Source of the DNA: Felis catus
Taxonomy: Eukaryota
Reading direction: 5' to 3'
Assembly (NCBI RefSeq): GCF_018350175.1
Contig: NC_058368.1
Location: 209,562,001-209,626,000, forward strand
Length of the DNA: 64,000 bases
Shown here: one piece after another, positions 53,341 through 64,000 of the stretch
Position numbering within the stretch: the first letter of the stretch is position 1
Layout: each line of letters begins with the position of its first letter
Notes under the pieces: model-generated
Seen by the model: only the letters and a program-made list of their open reading frames with translations
Told to the model about the DNA's origin: nothing
Databases searched by the model: none
Program-made: the position numbers and the translations under genes

Positions 53341-53562
53341 GGGCGCCTGGGTGGCGCAGTCGGTTAAGCGTCCGACTTCAGCCAGGTCACAATCTCGCGG
53401 TCCGTGAGTTCGAGCCCCGCGTCAGGCTCTGGGCTGATGCCTCGGAGCCTGGAGCCTGTTTCCGATTCTGTGTCTCCCTCTCTCTCTGCCCCTCTCCTGT
53501 TCATGCTCTGTCTCTCTCTGTCCCAAAAATAAATAAAATACGTTGAAAAAAAAATAAAAAAA
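53341..53562 (+). mobile_element. Young felid CanSINE
   Basis: TSD aaatcaataatttag at 53326-53340 and 53563-53577. Confidence 0.95.
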
Positions 53563-54283
53563 AAATCAATAATTTAGTAAATAATTTTGGAAACAAGAGT
53601 CACCTTCTAACTTACCAGAAAAAAAATCCAAATATCTAAAGGAACTTGTAAAAAAGAAGAAACCTTCCAGACAGTAATGATCTACCTTTACTACAGAATC
53701 TACTTCAAATTTGGATAAAGTATACTGAGAAAAGAAATTCCACTAATTTTTTTTCATCAGGAAATAGATGGGAAAAAAAGAAAGGAAAATTACCACAAAT
53801 GAAATGACAAGGGCAATTCATTTGCAACAACAGAGTGCAGTTATTCCACATATATTTTTCCATGGAGATAATGATGTGGTAAAGAAATGGATACCAGATG
53901 CATTTCTTTATGTCTGTGTTCTACCAATGATAATAAATGATGAAGTATGATTTCATTGACTTATAAGCTAACAGCCAGATCCTTAGGGAATTTGATGCTG
54001 TGCAAAGAATTTCTGGTGTTCAATTAGCACCACTTTTACAAAAAATGAAGGCAACTCTGGAAATTCTTAGGCATGCGTTACCACATACCACTATGTGGTA
54101 AGATTTACACTGTCTTTATGTATCAAAACAAAGGTCAGATGAGACTGATGAACAGGAGCTGGCAATTTTTTAAGCCTCTTTTGACTTTAACTGAACAAAA
54201 GTTAAGTTAAAGAAAGTTACTGACTTAATAACTGTTTCAGACATGTCAACCTTTACACAGATTCTTAATATTAAAATGTAATC

Positions 54284-56670
54284 ATACAAATAGTGAAAGT
54301 TTTACTTCTTCCTTACCAATTTGGATGCTTTTTACTTCTTTTTGTTGTCTGACTGCTGTGGCTAGGACTTCCAATACTATGCAGAATAAAAGTGGTAAGA
54401 CTGGACATCCTTGTCTTGTTGTTGACGTTAGGGGAAAAACTATCACTATGTGCAGATGACATGATACTATATGATAAAAACTGTAAACACCTCACCAAAA
54501 AACCTACTACAACTGATAAATGAATTCATTAAGGTTGCAAGATACAAAACCAATATACGGAAAACCATTGCACTTCTGTACACTAATAATTAAGCAGTAG
54601 AAAAAGAAATTTAAAAAACCAATCCCATTTGCAGCTGCACTAAAAATAAAGAAACCTAAGAATAAACTTAACTACAGAGTGAAAGACCTGCGCTCTGAAA
54701 ACTATGAAACAATGATGAAAAATATTGAGGTTGACACAAAGAAACGGAAAGACATTCTATGCTTATGGATTGGAAGAACAAATATTGTTAAAATGTCTAT
54801 ACTACCCAAAACAATCTACACATTTAATGCAAAACCTATCAAAATACCAACAGCATTTTTCACAGAACTAGAGAAGATAATCCTACAATTTGTATGGAAC
54901 CACAGAAGAGTCCAAATAGCCAAAGGAATCTTGAAAAAGAAAAACAAAACTGGAGGGATCACAATTCCAGACCTCCAAGTTATATTACAAAGCGGTAGTA
55001 ATCAAAGCAGTATGGTACACTAGTACAAAAACAGACACACAGATCAATGGCACAGAAAAGAAAGCCCAGAAATAAACCCATAATTTTACGGTTAATTAGT
55101 CCTTGACAAAGAAGGCAAGAATATGCAATGGAAAAAAAAGACACTTTCTTCAACAGATTGTGTTGGGAACACTGGGCAGCTACATGCACAAGAATGAAAA
55201 TGGACCACTTTCTTACCATACACAAAAATAAACTCAAAATGGATTAAACACCTCAAGGTGAGTCCTAAAACCGTAAAAACCCTAGAAGTGAGCACAGACA
55301 GTAATTTCTCTCACATTGGTCACAGCAATACCTTTCTAGATATGTGTCCTAAAGCAAGGGAAACAAAAGCAAAAATTACTGGAATTACATCAAAATATAA
55401 AGCTTCGGTACACCAAAGGAAAAATCAACAAAACTAAAAGACAACCCACTTGGAATAGGAGAAGATATCTGCAAATGACGTATCTGATAAAGGATTAGTA
55501 TCCAAAATATACACAGAACTTGTACAATTTACCACCTAAAAAACAAATAATCCAATTAAAAATAGACACATAAACAGACACTTTTCCAGACAGGACATAC
55601 AGATGGCTGACAGACACATGAAAAGATGGTCAACATCACTCATCATCAGGGAAATGCAAATCAAAACCATAATGAGATATACCTCACACCTGTCAGAATG
55701 GGTAAAATCAAAAACTCAAGAAACAACAAGTGTTGAAGAGGATAAGAAGAAAGAGGAACCCTCTTGCATGGTTGGTGCGAATGCAAACTGGTGCAGCCAC
55801 TGTGGAAAACAGTACAGAGGTTCCTCAAAAAATTAAAAATGGAACTACCCTATGATCCAGGAATCATACTACTGGGTATTTACCCAAAGAATATGAAAAC
55901 ACTAATTCAAAGAAATATATGCACCCTATGTTTAAAAAATTTTTTTTTACATTTATTTTTAAGACAGAGAGAGACAGAGCCAAGTGGGGGAGGGGCAGAA
56001 AGAGAAGGAGACACAGAATCTGAAGCAGGCTCCAGGCACTGAGCTGCCAGCACAGAGCCTGACACAGGGCTTGAACTCACAAAACGTGAGATCATGACCT
56101 GAGCTGAAGCCAAATGCCAATCCACTGAGCCACCAGATGCCCCTATGCATCCTATGTTTATTGCAGTATTATTTACAATAGCCAAATTATGGAAGCAACA
56201 AAGTGTCTATGAATAGATGAATGGATAAAGAAGATGTAGTATGTATATACAATGGAATATTATTTAGCCATAAAAAAGAAATCCTGCCAGTTCTAACAAC
56301 ATGGATGGATCTAAGAGTATAATGCTAAGTGAAATAAGCCAAAGAAAGACAAATATCATATGATTTTAGTCACATGTGAAATTGAAGAAAAGAAAACAAG
56401 GGAACGAGGAAAACAAACCAAACCAACCAACCAAACAACAACCAAAAAACTCACAGATTCTTAACTACAGAGAACAGATAGTTACTAGAGGGGAGGTAGG
56501 TGGGGGCATGGGTAAAATAGGTGAAGGGGATTAACAGCATACTTATCTTGATGAGCACTGAGTAATATATGGAACTGTTGACTCATCAAATCATACACCT
56601 GAAACTAATATAACACTATGTTAACCAGACTTGAAAAAAATTAAATTTTAAAGAAAGAAAAATAAATAAA
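54284..56670 (+). mobile_element. 5'-truncated, 5'-inverted carnivore L1, interrupted by a CanSINE (-, ~55935-56143)
   Basis: 54284-54435 is antisense ORF2 and the rest is sense ORF2/3' UTR. TSD taaaatgtaatc at 54272-54283 and 56671-56682. SINE TSD tatgca(c/t)cctatgttta. Confidence 0.92.
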
Positions 56671-57699
56671 TAAAATGTAATCCTCTCCCTTTGATGCTAT
56701 AGTTAAGAGACCGCTTCAGTGTTTTTTCATAACGGTATTATTTTTGAAAAAATTCCCATCAAGAATTACTGGAGCAAAAAAAAAAAAAACATTGAATCTG
56801 TCTATACTGACCTCAGAACGTGATCTAATAAGATAATACAAAAGTATTATAATTTACCAAACTTGATAAGAAGAACTATGTAGGAAGAGTCTGTATAGGA
56901 ATCAAGTCAATTTGAGGAATATGGTTAATTGATTTTGTCTAATAGATTTAGATCAAACATCCTAAGATTAAATATTAAAAATGAAGTTTTCTATTGTTTG
57001 TAGTTCTATTCAAACTTTTATTAGAAATTAATTTTGAGCCATACCTTAGAAATATAAATGTTACTAAAGTTTATACAGGTTTAATTAATCTATATATACA
57101 TTTCACATGTGTTTAAGACAAACAAAATTTTTTGGATATCTGTTTAGAAATACATTAGAATTTATACCTCTGAAAAATGTCCAAATAAATGCCCAAGAAT
57201 AAGGGAATGGTTCTATACTGGGTTCTATACAAGTGTTTGATAAACCACACTCAGAAAAATACTACCCAATGCTATTTTAATGGCAAATAATATAAATTTT
57301 TGAAAGAAAAATAAAAACTTCCTGAGGAAACCCCTTTTAAAAAAATCTCAAAAAAGCTCTGAGTTTAAAATAGTATTTAAAAGTAGCTATTGTTAAAATT
57401 AAAACAGCAAAGCAAAATCTGAAAACTACATAAGCTCTCCAAATGATAATATTCTATAAGCAAACTACTAAACTTCCCTCAAATTCAGGTTACATTTACT
57501 ATACAGTTTTGAAGATAATAAATAAAAAATGGGTTATGTGAGAAATAGTCAATATTATAGCAATAAGCCATTTCCTGGCACTAAAATTGATAAAAAAAAT
57601 TATTTTCTTACAATTTAATAAGCAGAATTATGGCAACAGTTGGCATTATCCATAGATTTTAAGACTATCAACACTATTTCTTTGAGACGAACTACAAAA

Positions 57700-58103
57700 T
57701 GTGACAGACATTTATTGGTCACCAAATACCCATGTGCTCTCCACATGACCCAGACTCTACCCAATAGGGCAGAGCCATGTAACTGGTTCTGGCTAATGCA
57801 CCACAAGTGGAAATGACCTGTGTGTCATTTCACAGCTGAAATATTTAAGAGACAATGGGAAAATCCTCCAGCTCTTTCTTTTCCTGTGGTGGTCACTGTG
57901 GAGGTCAAATGTTCCAGATGTGCCATTACATGCTGTCAGAAACTCCCATCACTCTGGCTTCTTGAGCTACTGGGTGAAGCAGTTCTCTTCACTAAACTGT
58001 AAATTTAGTGTATAAATTGTGTTGATAAATTGTATTGACTAATATGAGCACGAATAAACTTTGGTTGTGGATTATAGTGTAAACTTACCCTATTCTGACT
58101 TAC
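57700..58103 (+). mobile_element. Old MaLR solo LTR (MLT1I/J-like)
   Basis: gccatgtaactggttctggctaatg...aagtggaaatgacctgtgtgtcatttc...aataaactttgg...ccctattctgacttaca. Confidence 0.65.
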
Positions 58104-58359
58104 AGTGTTTATTAATAATAAATTATAATAATTCTGGTCCATTTATTTAGTAGGCTTGGCTCAAAGAGAAGAACCCCATGATAGGCCATTTGCTTTATGT
58201 CTAAACTATTTCCCATAATCAATGGATAAAACACAAACATTTAATAAAAACAATTTTATCCAACTTCTAATATGTAACCATACTAAAAAGTGTATTAAGA
58301 ATACTAGACATTTTCACTTAACTAAAAAACTCTTGTAATACAAACTCACATTTGTTTTA

Positions 58360-59176
58360 AATTTTTTTTTTAAACATGTATTTATTTTTGAGACAGAGAG
58401 AGAGCATGAACAGGGGAGGGTCAGAGAGAGAGGGAGACACAGAATCTGAAACAGGCTCCAGGCTCTGAGCTGTCAGCACAGAGCCCGACGCGGGGCTCGA
58501 AGTCACGGACTGCGAGATCATGACCTGAGCCGAAGTCACGCTTAACCGACTGAGCCACCCAGGCACCCCTCACATTTGTTTTATATCTTATCTTTGTTTT
58601 ATTCCTTTCTCTCTTTACATATACAGTACTTACTTTTATGTGTGTGCTAAACCAACGAGTTAACTGCATTATAACACTGCACCCTAAGAAAAAGGACATT
58701 CTCCTCCAGAATAATAAATTGCCACACTTAAATTTAACACTGATACAATTATCTAATATATAATCTATATTCAATTATCCCAATAACATCCTCAAAAGTG
58801 GCCATCCAGGATCACTCAATCAATTAATCAAGGATCACACTATATTTGATTATTACGTCTCTTTTAGAACAGTTCCTCAATCTAATGTTTTTAATCTTTC
58901 AAGGAACTGATATTTTTGAAGACTTAATGCCAATTGTTTTGCAGTCTTTCTCAATTTGAGTTGCTTTGATTTTTTCCCTCATGATTAGGTTCAGATTAAA
59001 AGAAACTGTGTTGTTAAAATTTTTAAAAATTATAGAAAGTAAACCACAACAAATCTTGGCTAGTGGGGACATCACCAAAAGCAATGAAGAAGGAATGGGT
59101 TTTTAATTTTTTTTTAACGTTTATTTATTTTTGAGAGAGACAGACAGAGACAGAGCGTGAATGGGAAAGGGGCAGA

Positions 59177-59231
<55 letters not shown>

Positions 59232-59802
59232 TCTGAAGCAGGCTCCAGGCTCTGAGCTGTCAGCACAGACCCTGACACGGGGCTCGAACTCACAAAATAG
59301 TGAGATCATGACCTGAACCAAAGTCGGACGCTTAACCGACTGAGCCACCCAGGCACCCCTGAGGAAGGAATGGGTTTTTTAACTCTATAAGACATACTCT
59401 TCATGGCAAACACTAACCACTCTTACTTTGAACCTGCATGCTGATGACTCTCAGTCCTAACCTCTCCCTAAACCTGAGGCTTATATTATCAACTGACTGC
59501 TGGACATCTTCAACTGACTGTCCCACAGACAATTCAAACTTAAGATGTTCACAACTCATCTCAGCCACAAAGCTTAATGCAACCACTCTCCTTCCTCCTA
59601 CATTCCTTTTCTTTTTTAAAAATTAATTATTTATTTTGAGAGAGAGGGAAAGTGAGAGAACTCACATGCACCCAGGACACAGACAGAGGGAGAGAGAGAA
59701 TCAATCCCAAGCAGGCTCCTCACTGTCAGTGCAAAGCCTAATGTGGGCTCGATCTCACAAACCATGAGATCGTGAGATTCTTAACTGAGTCACCCAGGCG
59801 CC
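58360..59802 (-). mobile_element. Three CanSINEs (~58360-58569, ~59107-59359, ~59615-59802) among old L1/L2 fragments
   Basis: TSDs ctcacatttgtttta, tga(a/g)gaaggaatgggttttt and attccttttct; the middle copy carries a long (CA)n. Confidence 0.88.
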
Positions 59803-59838
59803 CCTCCCATATTCCTTTTCTAAATTAAGTATCAGCAC

Positions 59839-62557
59839 CTCTGGGACACAGCAAAGGTGGTCATCAGAGGCAAGTATATAGTAATCCAGGCATTCCTAAA
59901 GAAGGAAGAAAGGTCTCCGATATACAACCTACCTTTACACTTAAAGAACTAGAAAAAGAACAGCAAATAAAATCCAGACCCAACAGATGATGGGAAATAA
60001 TAAAGATTAGCCCAGAAATCAATGCTATCAAAAAACAAAAACAAAAACAAAAACCCAGAACAGATCAATGAAACCAGGAGCTGGTTCTTTGAAAGAATTA
60101 GCAAAACTGATAAACCACTAGCAAGTTGGATCAAAAAGAAAAAGGAAAGGACCCAAATAAATAAAATCAAGAACGAAAGAGGAGAGATCACAACCAACAC
60201 AGCAGGAATACAAACAATAAGAGAATACTGTGAGCAATTATATTTCAATAAAATGGGCAATCTGGAAGAAATGGACAAATTCTTAGAAACATAGAAACTA
60301 CCAAAACTGAAACAAGAAGAAATAGAAAATTTGAACAGACCCATAACCAGTAAAGAAATCAAATTAGTAATCAAAAATCTCCCAAAAAACAAGAGTCCAG
60401 GACTGGATGGCTTTCCAGGAGAAATTCTACCAAACATTTAAAGAAGAGTTAACACCTATTCTTTTGAAGCTGTTCAAAGGACAGAAATGGAAGGAAAACT
60501 TCCAAACTCATTCTATGAAGCCAGCATTACCTTGATTCCAAAACCAGACAGAGACCCCACTAAAAAGGAGTAGAATTTATACCTGGGATGTAGGGCTGGT
60601 TCAATATCTGCAAAACAATCAATGTGACACATAACATCAATAAAAGAAGGGACAAGAACCACATAATCCTCTCAACAGATACAGAGAATGCATTTGACCA
60701 AATACAACATCCTTTCTTGATAAAAAGTAGGGATAGAAGGATCATACATCAAGATCATAAAAGCCATATATGATAAAGACCCACCACTAATATCATCCTC
60801 AATGGGGAAAAACTGAGAGCTTTCCCCCTAAGGTCAGGAACAAGACAGGAATGTCCACTCTCACCACTGTTATTTAATACAGTATTTGAAGTTCTAGCCT
60901 TAGCAGTAAGAAATAAAAGGCATCCAAATCAGCAAGGAAGAAGTCAAACGTTCACTCTTCACAAATTACATGATACTCTATATGGAAAACCCAAAAGATT
61001 CCACCAAAAAAACTGCTATAACTGATCCATGAATTCAGCATAGCCACAGGATATAAAATCAATGCACAGAAACCGGTTGCATTTCTATACACCAATAATG
61101 AAGTCATGAAAGAAATCAAGGAATCGATCCCATTTACAACTGCACCAACACCATAAAATACCTAATAAACCTAACCAAAGAGATCAAAAATCTATGAAAA
61201 GCTTAAGAAAAAATCATAAGAAAGCTTATGAAAGACACTGAAGACGACACACCAAAAAGTGGAAAAATATTCCATGCTCATGGATTGGAAGAACAAATAT
61301 TATTTAAATGTCAATACTACCCAAAGCAATCTACATATTCAATGTAATCCCTATCAAAATAACACCAGCATTCTTCACAGAGCTAGAACAAACAATCCTA
61401 AAATTTGTATGGAACCAGAAAAGACCCTGAATAGCCAAAGCAATCCTGAAAAGGAAAACCAGAGCTGGAGGCCTAATAATCCCAGACTTCAAGATGTATT
61501 ACAAAGCTATCATCATCAAGACAGTATATGGTACTGGCACAAAAACAGACACTTAGATCAACCGAACAGAATAGAGAACTCAGAAAGGGACCCACAAACG
61601 TATGGCCAACTAATCTTTGATAAAGCAGAAAAGAATATCCGATGGAATAAAGAGTCTCTTCGGCAAATAGTGTTGGGAAAACTGGACAGCGACGTGCAGA
61701 AAAATGAACCTGGACCACTTTCTTACACCATACACAAAAATAAACTCAAAATGGATGAAAGACCTAAACATAAGACAGGAAGCCATCAAAATCCTAGAGG
61801 AGAAAGCAGGCAAAAATCACTTTGACTTCGACCACAGCAACTTCTTACTCAACACATCTCCGGAGGCAAGGGAAACAAAAGCAAAATGAACTACTGGGAC
61901 CTCATCAAGATAAAAAGCTTCTGCACAGTGAAGGAAACCATCAGCAAAACTAAAAGGCAACCAACAGAATGGGAGAAGATATTTACAAATGACATATCAG
62001 ATAAAGCATTAGTAACCAAAATCTATAAAGAACTTACCAAACTCAACACCCAAAAAACAAATAATCCAGTGAAGAAATGGGCAAAAGACATGAATAGACA
62101 CATTTCTTAAGAAGATATCAGATGGCTAATAGACATATGAAAAAATGCTCAATATCACTCATCATCAGGGAAAGACAAATCAAAAAACCACAATGAGACA
62201 CCACTTCATACTTGTCAGAATGGCTAAAATTAACAACTCAGGCAACAAAGATGTTGGCAAGGACGCAGGGAAGGAGGATCTCTTTTGCACTGCTGGTGAG
62301 AATGCAAACTGGAGCAGCCACTCTGGAAAACAGTATGGAGGGTTCTCAAAAAGTTAAAAATAGAACTATCCTACAACCCAGCAACTGCACTGCTAGGTAT
62401 TTATCCAAGAGATACAGGTGTGCTGTTTTGAAGAGGGCACATGCACCCCAATGTTTACAGCAGCACTATCGACAATAGCCAAAGTATGGAAAGAGCCCAA
62501 ATGTCCATCAACAGATGAATGGATAAGGAAGAGGTGGTATGCACGCACACACGCGCG

Positions 62558-62614
<57 letters not shown>

Positions 62615-63027
62615 GAGTATTACTTGGCAACCAAAAAGAATAAAATCTTGCCATTTGCCACAACGTGGATGGAACTAGAGGGTGTTATGCTAAGTGAAAT
62701 TAGAGAAAGACAAATATTATAGGACTTCATTCATGTGGAATTTAAGATACAAAACATAAACATAAGGGAAGGTAAGCAAAAACAATATAAAAACAGGGAG
62801 AGGGTCAAAACATAAGAGACTCTTAAACATAGAGAACAAACTGAGGGTTGCTGGAGGGATTGTGGGTGGGGGGATAGGCTAAATGGGCAAGGAGCATTAA
62901 GGAAGACACTTGTTGGGATGAGCACTGGGTGTTATACATAGGGAATAAATCACTGGAATCTACTCTTGAAATCATTTTGCACAATATGCTAACTTGGATG
63001 TTAATTAAAAAATAAAATAAATAAAAA
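59839..63027 (+). mobile_element. 5'-truncated felid/carnivore L1 (3.2 kb, frameshifted ORF2 + 3' UTR) inserted in an L2
   Basis: ORF2 fragments [41 protein letters not shown] and CTPMFTAALSTIAKVWKEPKCP. TSD taaatt(a/c)agtatcagcac at 59821-59838 and 63028-63045. Confidence 0.95.
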
Positions 63028-64000
63028 TAAATTCAGTATCAGCACTTCATCCAATCTCTGAAGCCTAGTCAAGACACTTCCCTCTGCCTTACCCCACATC
63101 ACACAAGACACCAAAAAGACCTACCAGTTTAATATGTATTTTTAAAACCATTTTCGTTCTTACTATACTGCCTTTGCTCTAGTATTTTAGGTTATGTTTC
63201 CTAGACTCTTACAATAGCTTACGTGGATCCCACCTTCCAGTCTTACAATCTTTAGATGTAGCTTTCTCATTGTACCAGACTAATATATTCAAAACACAAA
63301 TTTAATCAAATAGCTCACTCTTAAAATGCTTCAATGGTTCCTCTTCAAGAATAGAATGAAGTTCAAACTCAGCATAGCCTACAAGGCTTTACAAAACTGA
63401 TTGGCTATCTACATCTCCACTACTTCTTGACTTGCTCTTGATGCTTTTTTTCAGTTATACTATTTTTCCTAACTTTAATCACTGGATATCATTTTTATAA
63501 TTTTTGCCAATTTCCCTCTGGGGCAAAAGATATTTCATGGGGGTAGAAGAACAATGACATTTAAAGTTCATTACTTCTTCCTATGTAAATTTCACAACAA
63601 ATAGTTTGAACAGGAAATATTTGCTTAGCCCCTATGCTAGGGGCACGGTATTCTATGAAGTACTATGAGAGATACAAAAACATTTAGACATGTACCCTGC
63701 TCTAGGAAATTTCCAGTGAATGTAATTTTTAAGGTACATATATAATTACAGGTAAGTAGAAAAGCACAAGGGTCATAACAAGATCCAAAGAAGTTCAGAC
63801 AAAGGAGAAATTATTTTTGAGTACAAAAGGTTGGAAAGAAATCAGGGAAGATTTCCTAGAGGAGGTGGCAGCTAGTGCCTTGAAGAATGTGAAAGGTTTG
63901 GGTATGAGTGTGAGGGAAATAATCATAGTTACTGCCAACTCACTTTCTGCAAGGCAACTATTCTAAATTTGTTCTGCCCCCACACACATTAGGAATATGA

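Larger units (their letters stand above)
12928..64000 (-). other. NIPBL: NIPBL intron 1 (partial, >51 kb)
   Basis: Upstream of the exon 2 acceptor. No CpG island or other gene is visible, and NIPBL is known to have a very long first intron after a non-coding exon 1. Confidence 0.85.

Noticed and set aside
59949..60437. 162-aa minus-strand hydrophobic ORF
   Set aside because: Antisense of A-rich L1 ORF2, a common artefact.
61259..61825. 188-aa ORF, the longest in the track
   Set aside because: Mostly off-frame read of a frameshifted L1 ORF2, briefly in frame at WYWHKNRH...YGQLIFDK; not an independent gene.
1..64000. A novel multi-gene system, CRISPR array or prokaryote-like operon
   Set aside because: The DNA is intron-rich mammalian sequence. 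The recurring direct repeats are target-site duplications around retroelements, not regularly spaced repeat-spacer units.

Overview
This is mammalian genomic DNA, almost certainly from a felid (cat family), judging by the many feliform CanSINE/SINEC_Fc-type elements and carnivore L1s. The window holds the 5' part of NIPBL (cohesin loader, Scc2/delangin orthologue) on the minus strand. Exons 2-6 lie at 12927-12785, 10484-10319, 6874-6747, 3905-3806 and 2967-2816. All have canonical AG/GT ends and splice into one open frame of 610 coding nt (MNGDMPHVPITTLAGIASLTDLLNQ...THPQMQQ). Positions 12928-64000 are intron 1 (exon 1 lies beyond the window) and 1-2815 is intron 6. The introns are dense with SINEC, L1, L2, MIR, MaLR (MLT1) LTRs and simple repeats. 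Almost all ORFs in the supplied track come from repeats or chance. I found no evidence of a new multi-gene system. The most interesting items are local. (i) A palindromic site hit repeatedly by a 3'-truncated U6 retrocopy and two SINEs. (ii) A four-layer SINE/L1/SINE nest just upstream of exon 4. (iii) Two uORFs in exon 2. (iv) A candidate poison exon in intron 4. (v) Inverted young SINEs flanking exons 4-6. (vi) A twin-primed, 5'-inverted L1. Repeat subfamily names and comparisons with human NIPBL come from memory, not from database searches. Boundaries of old repeats are approximate.
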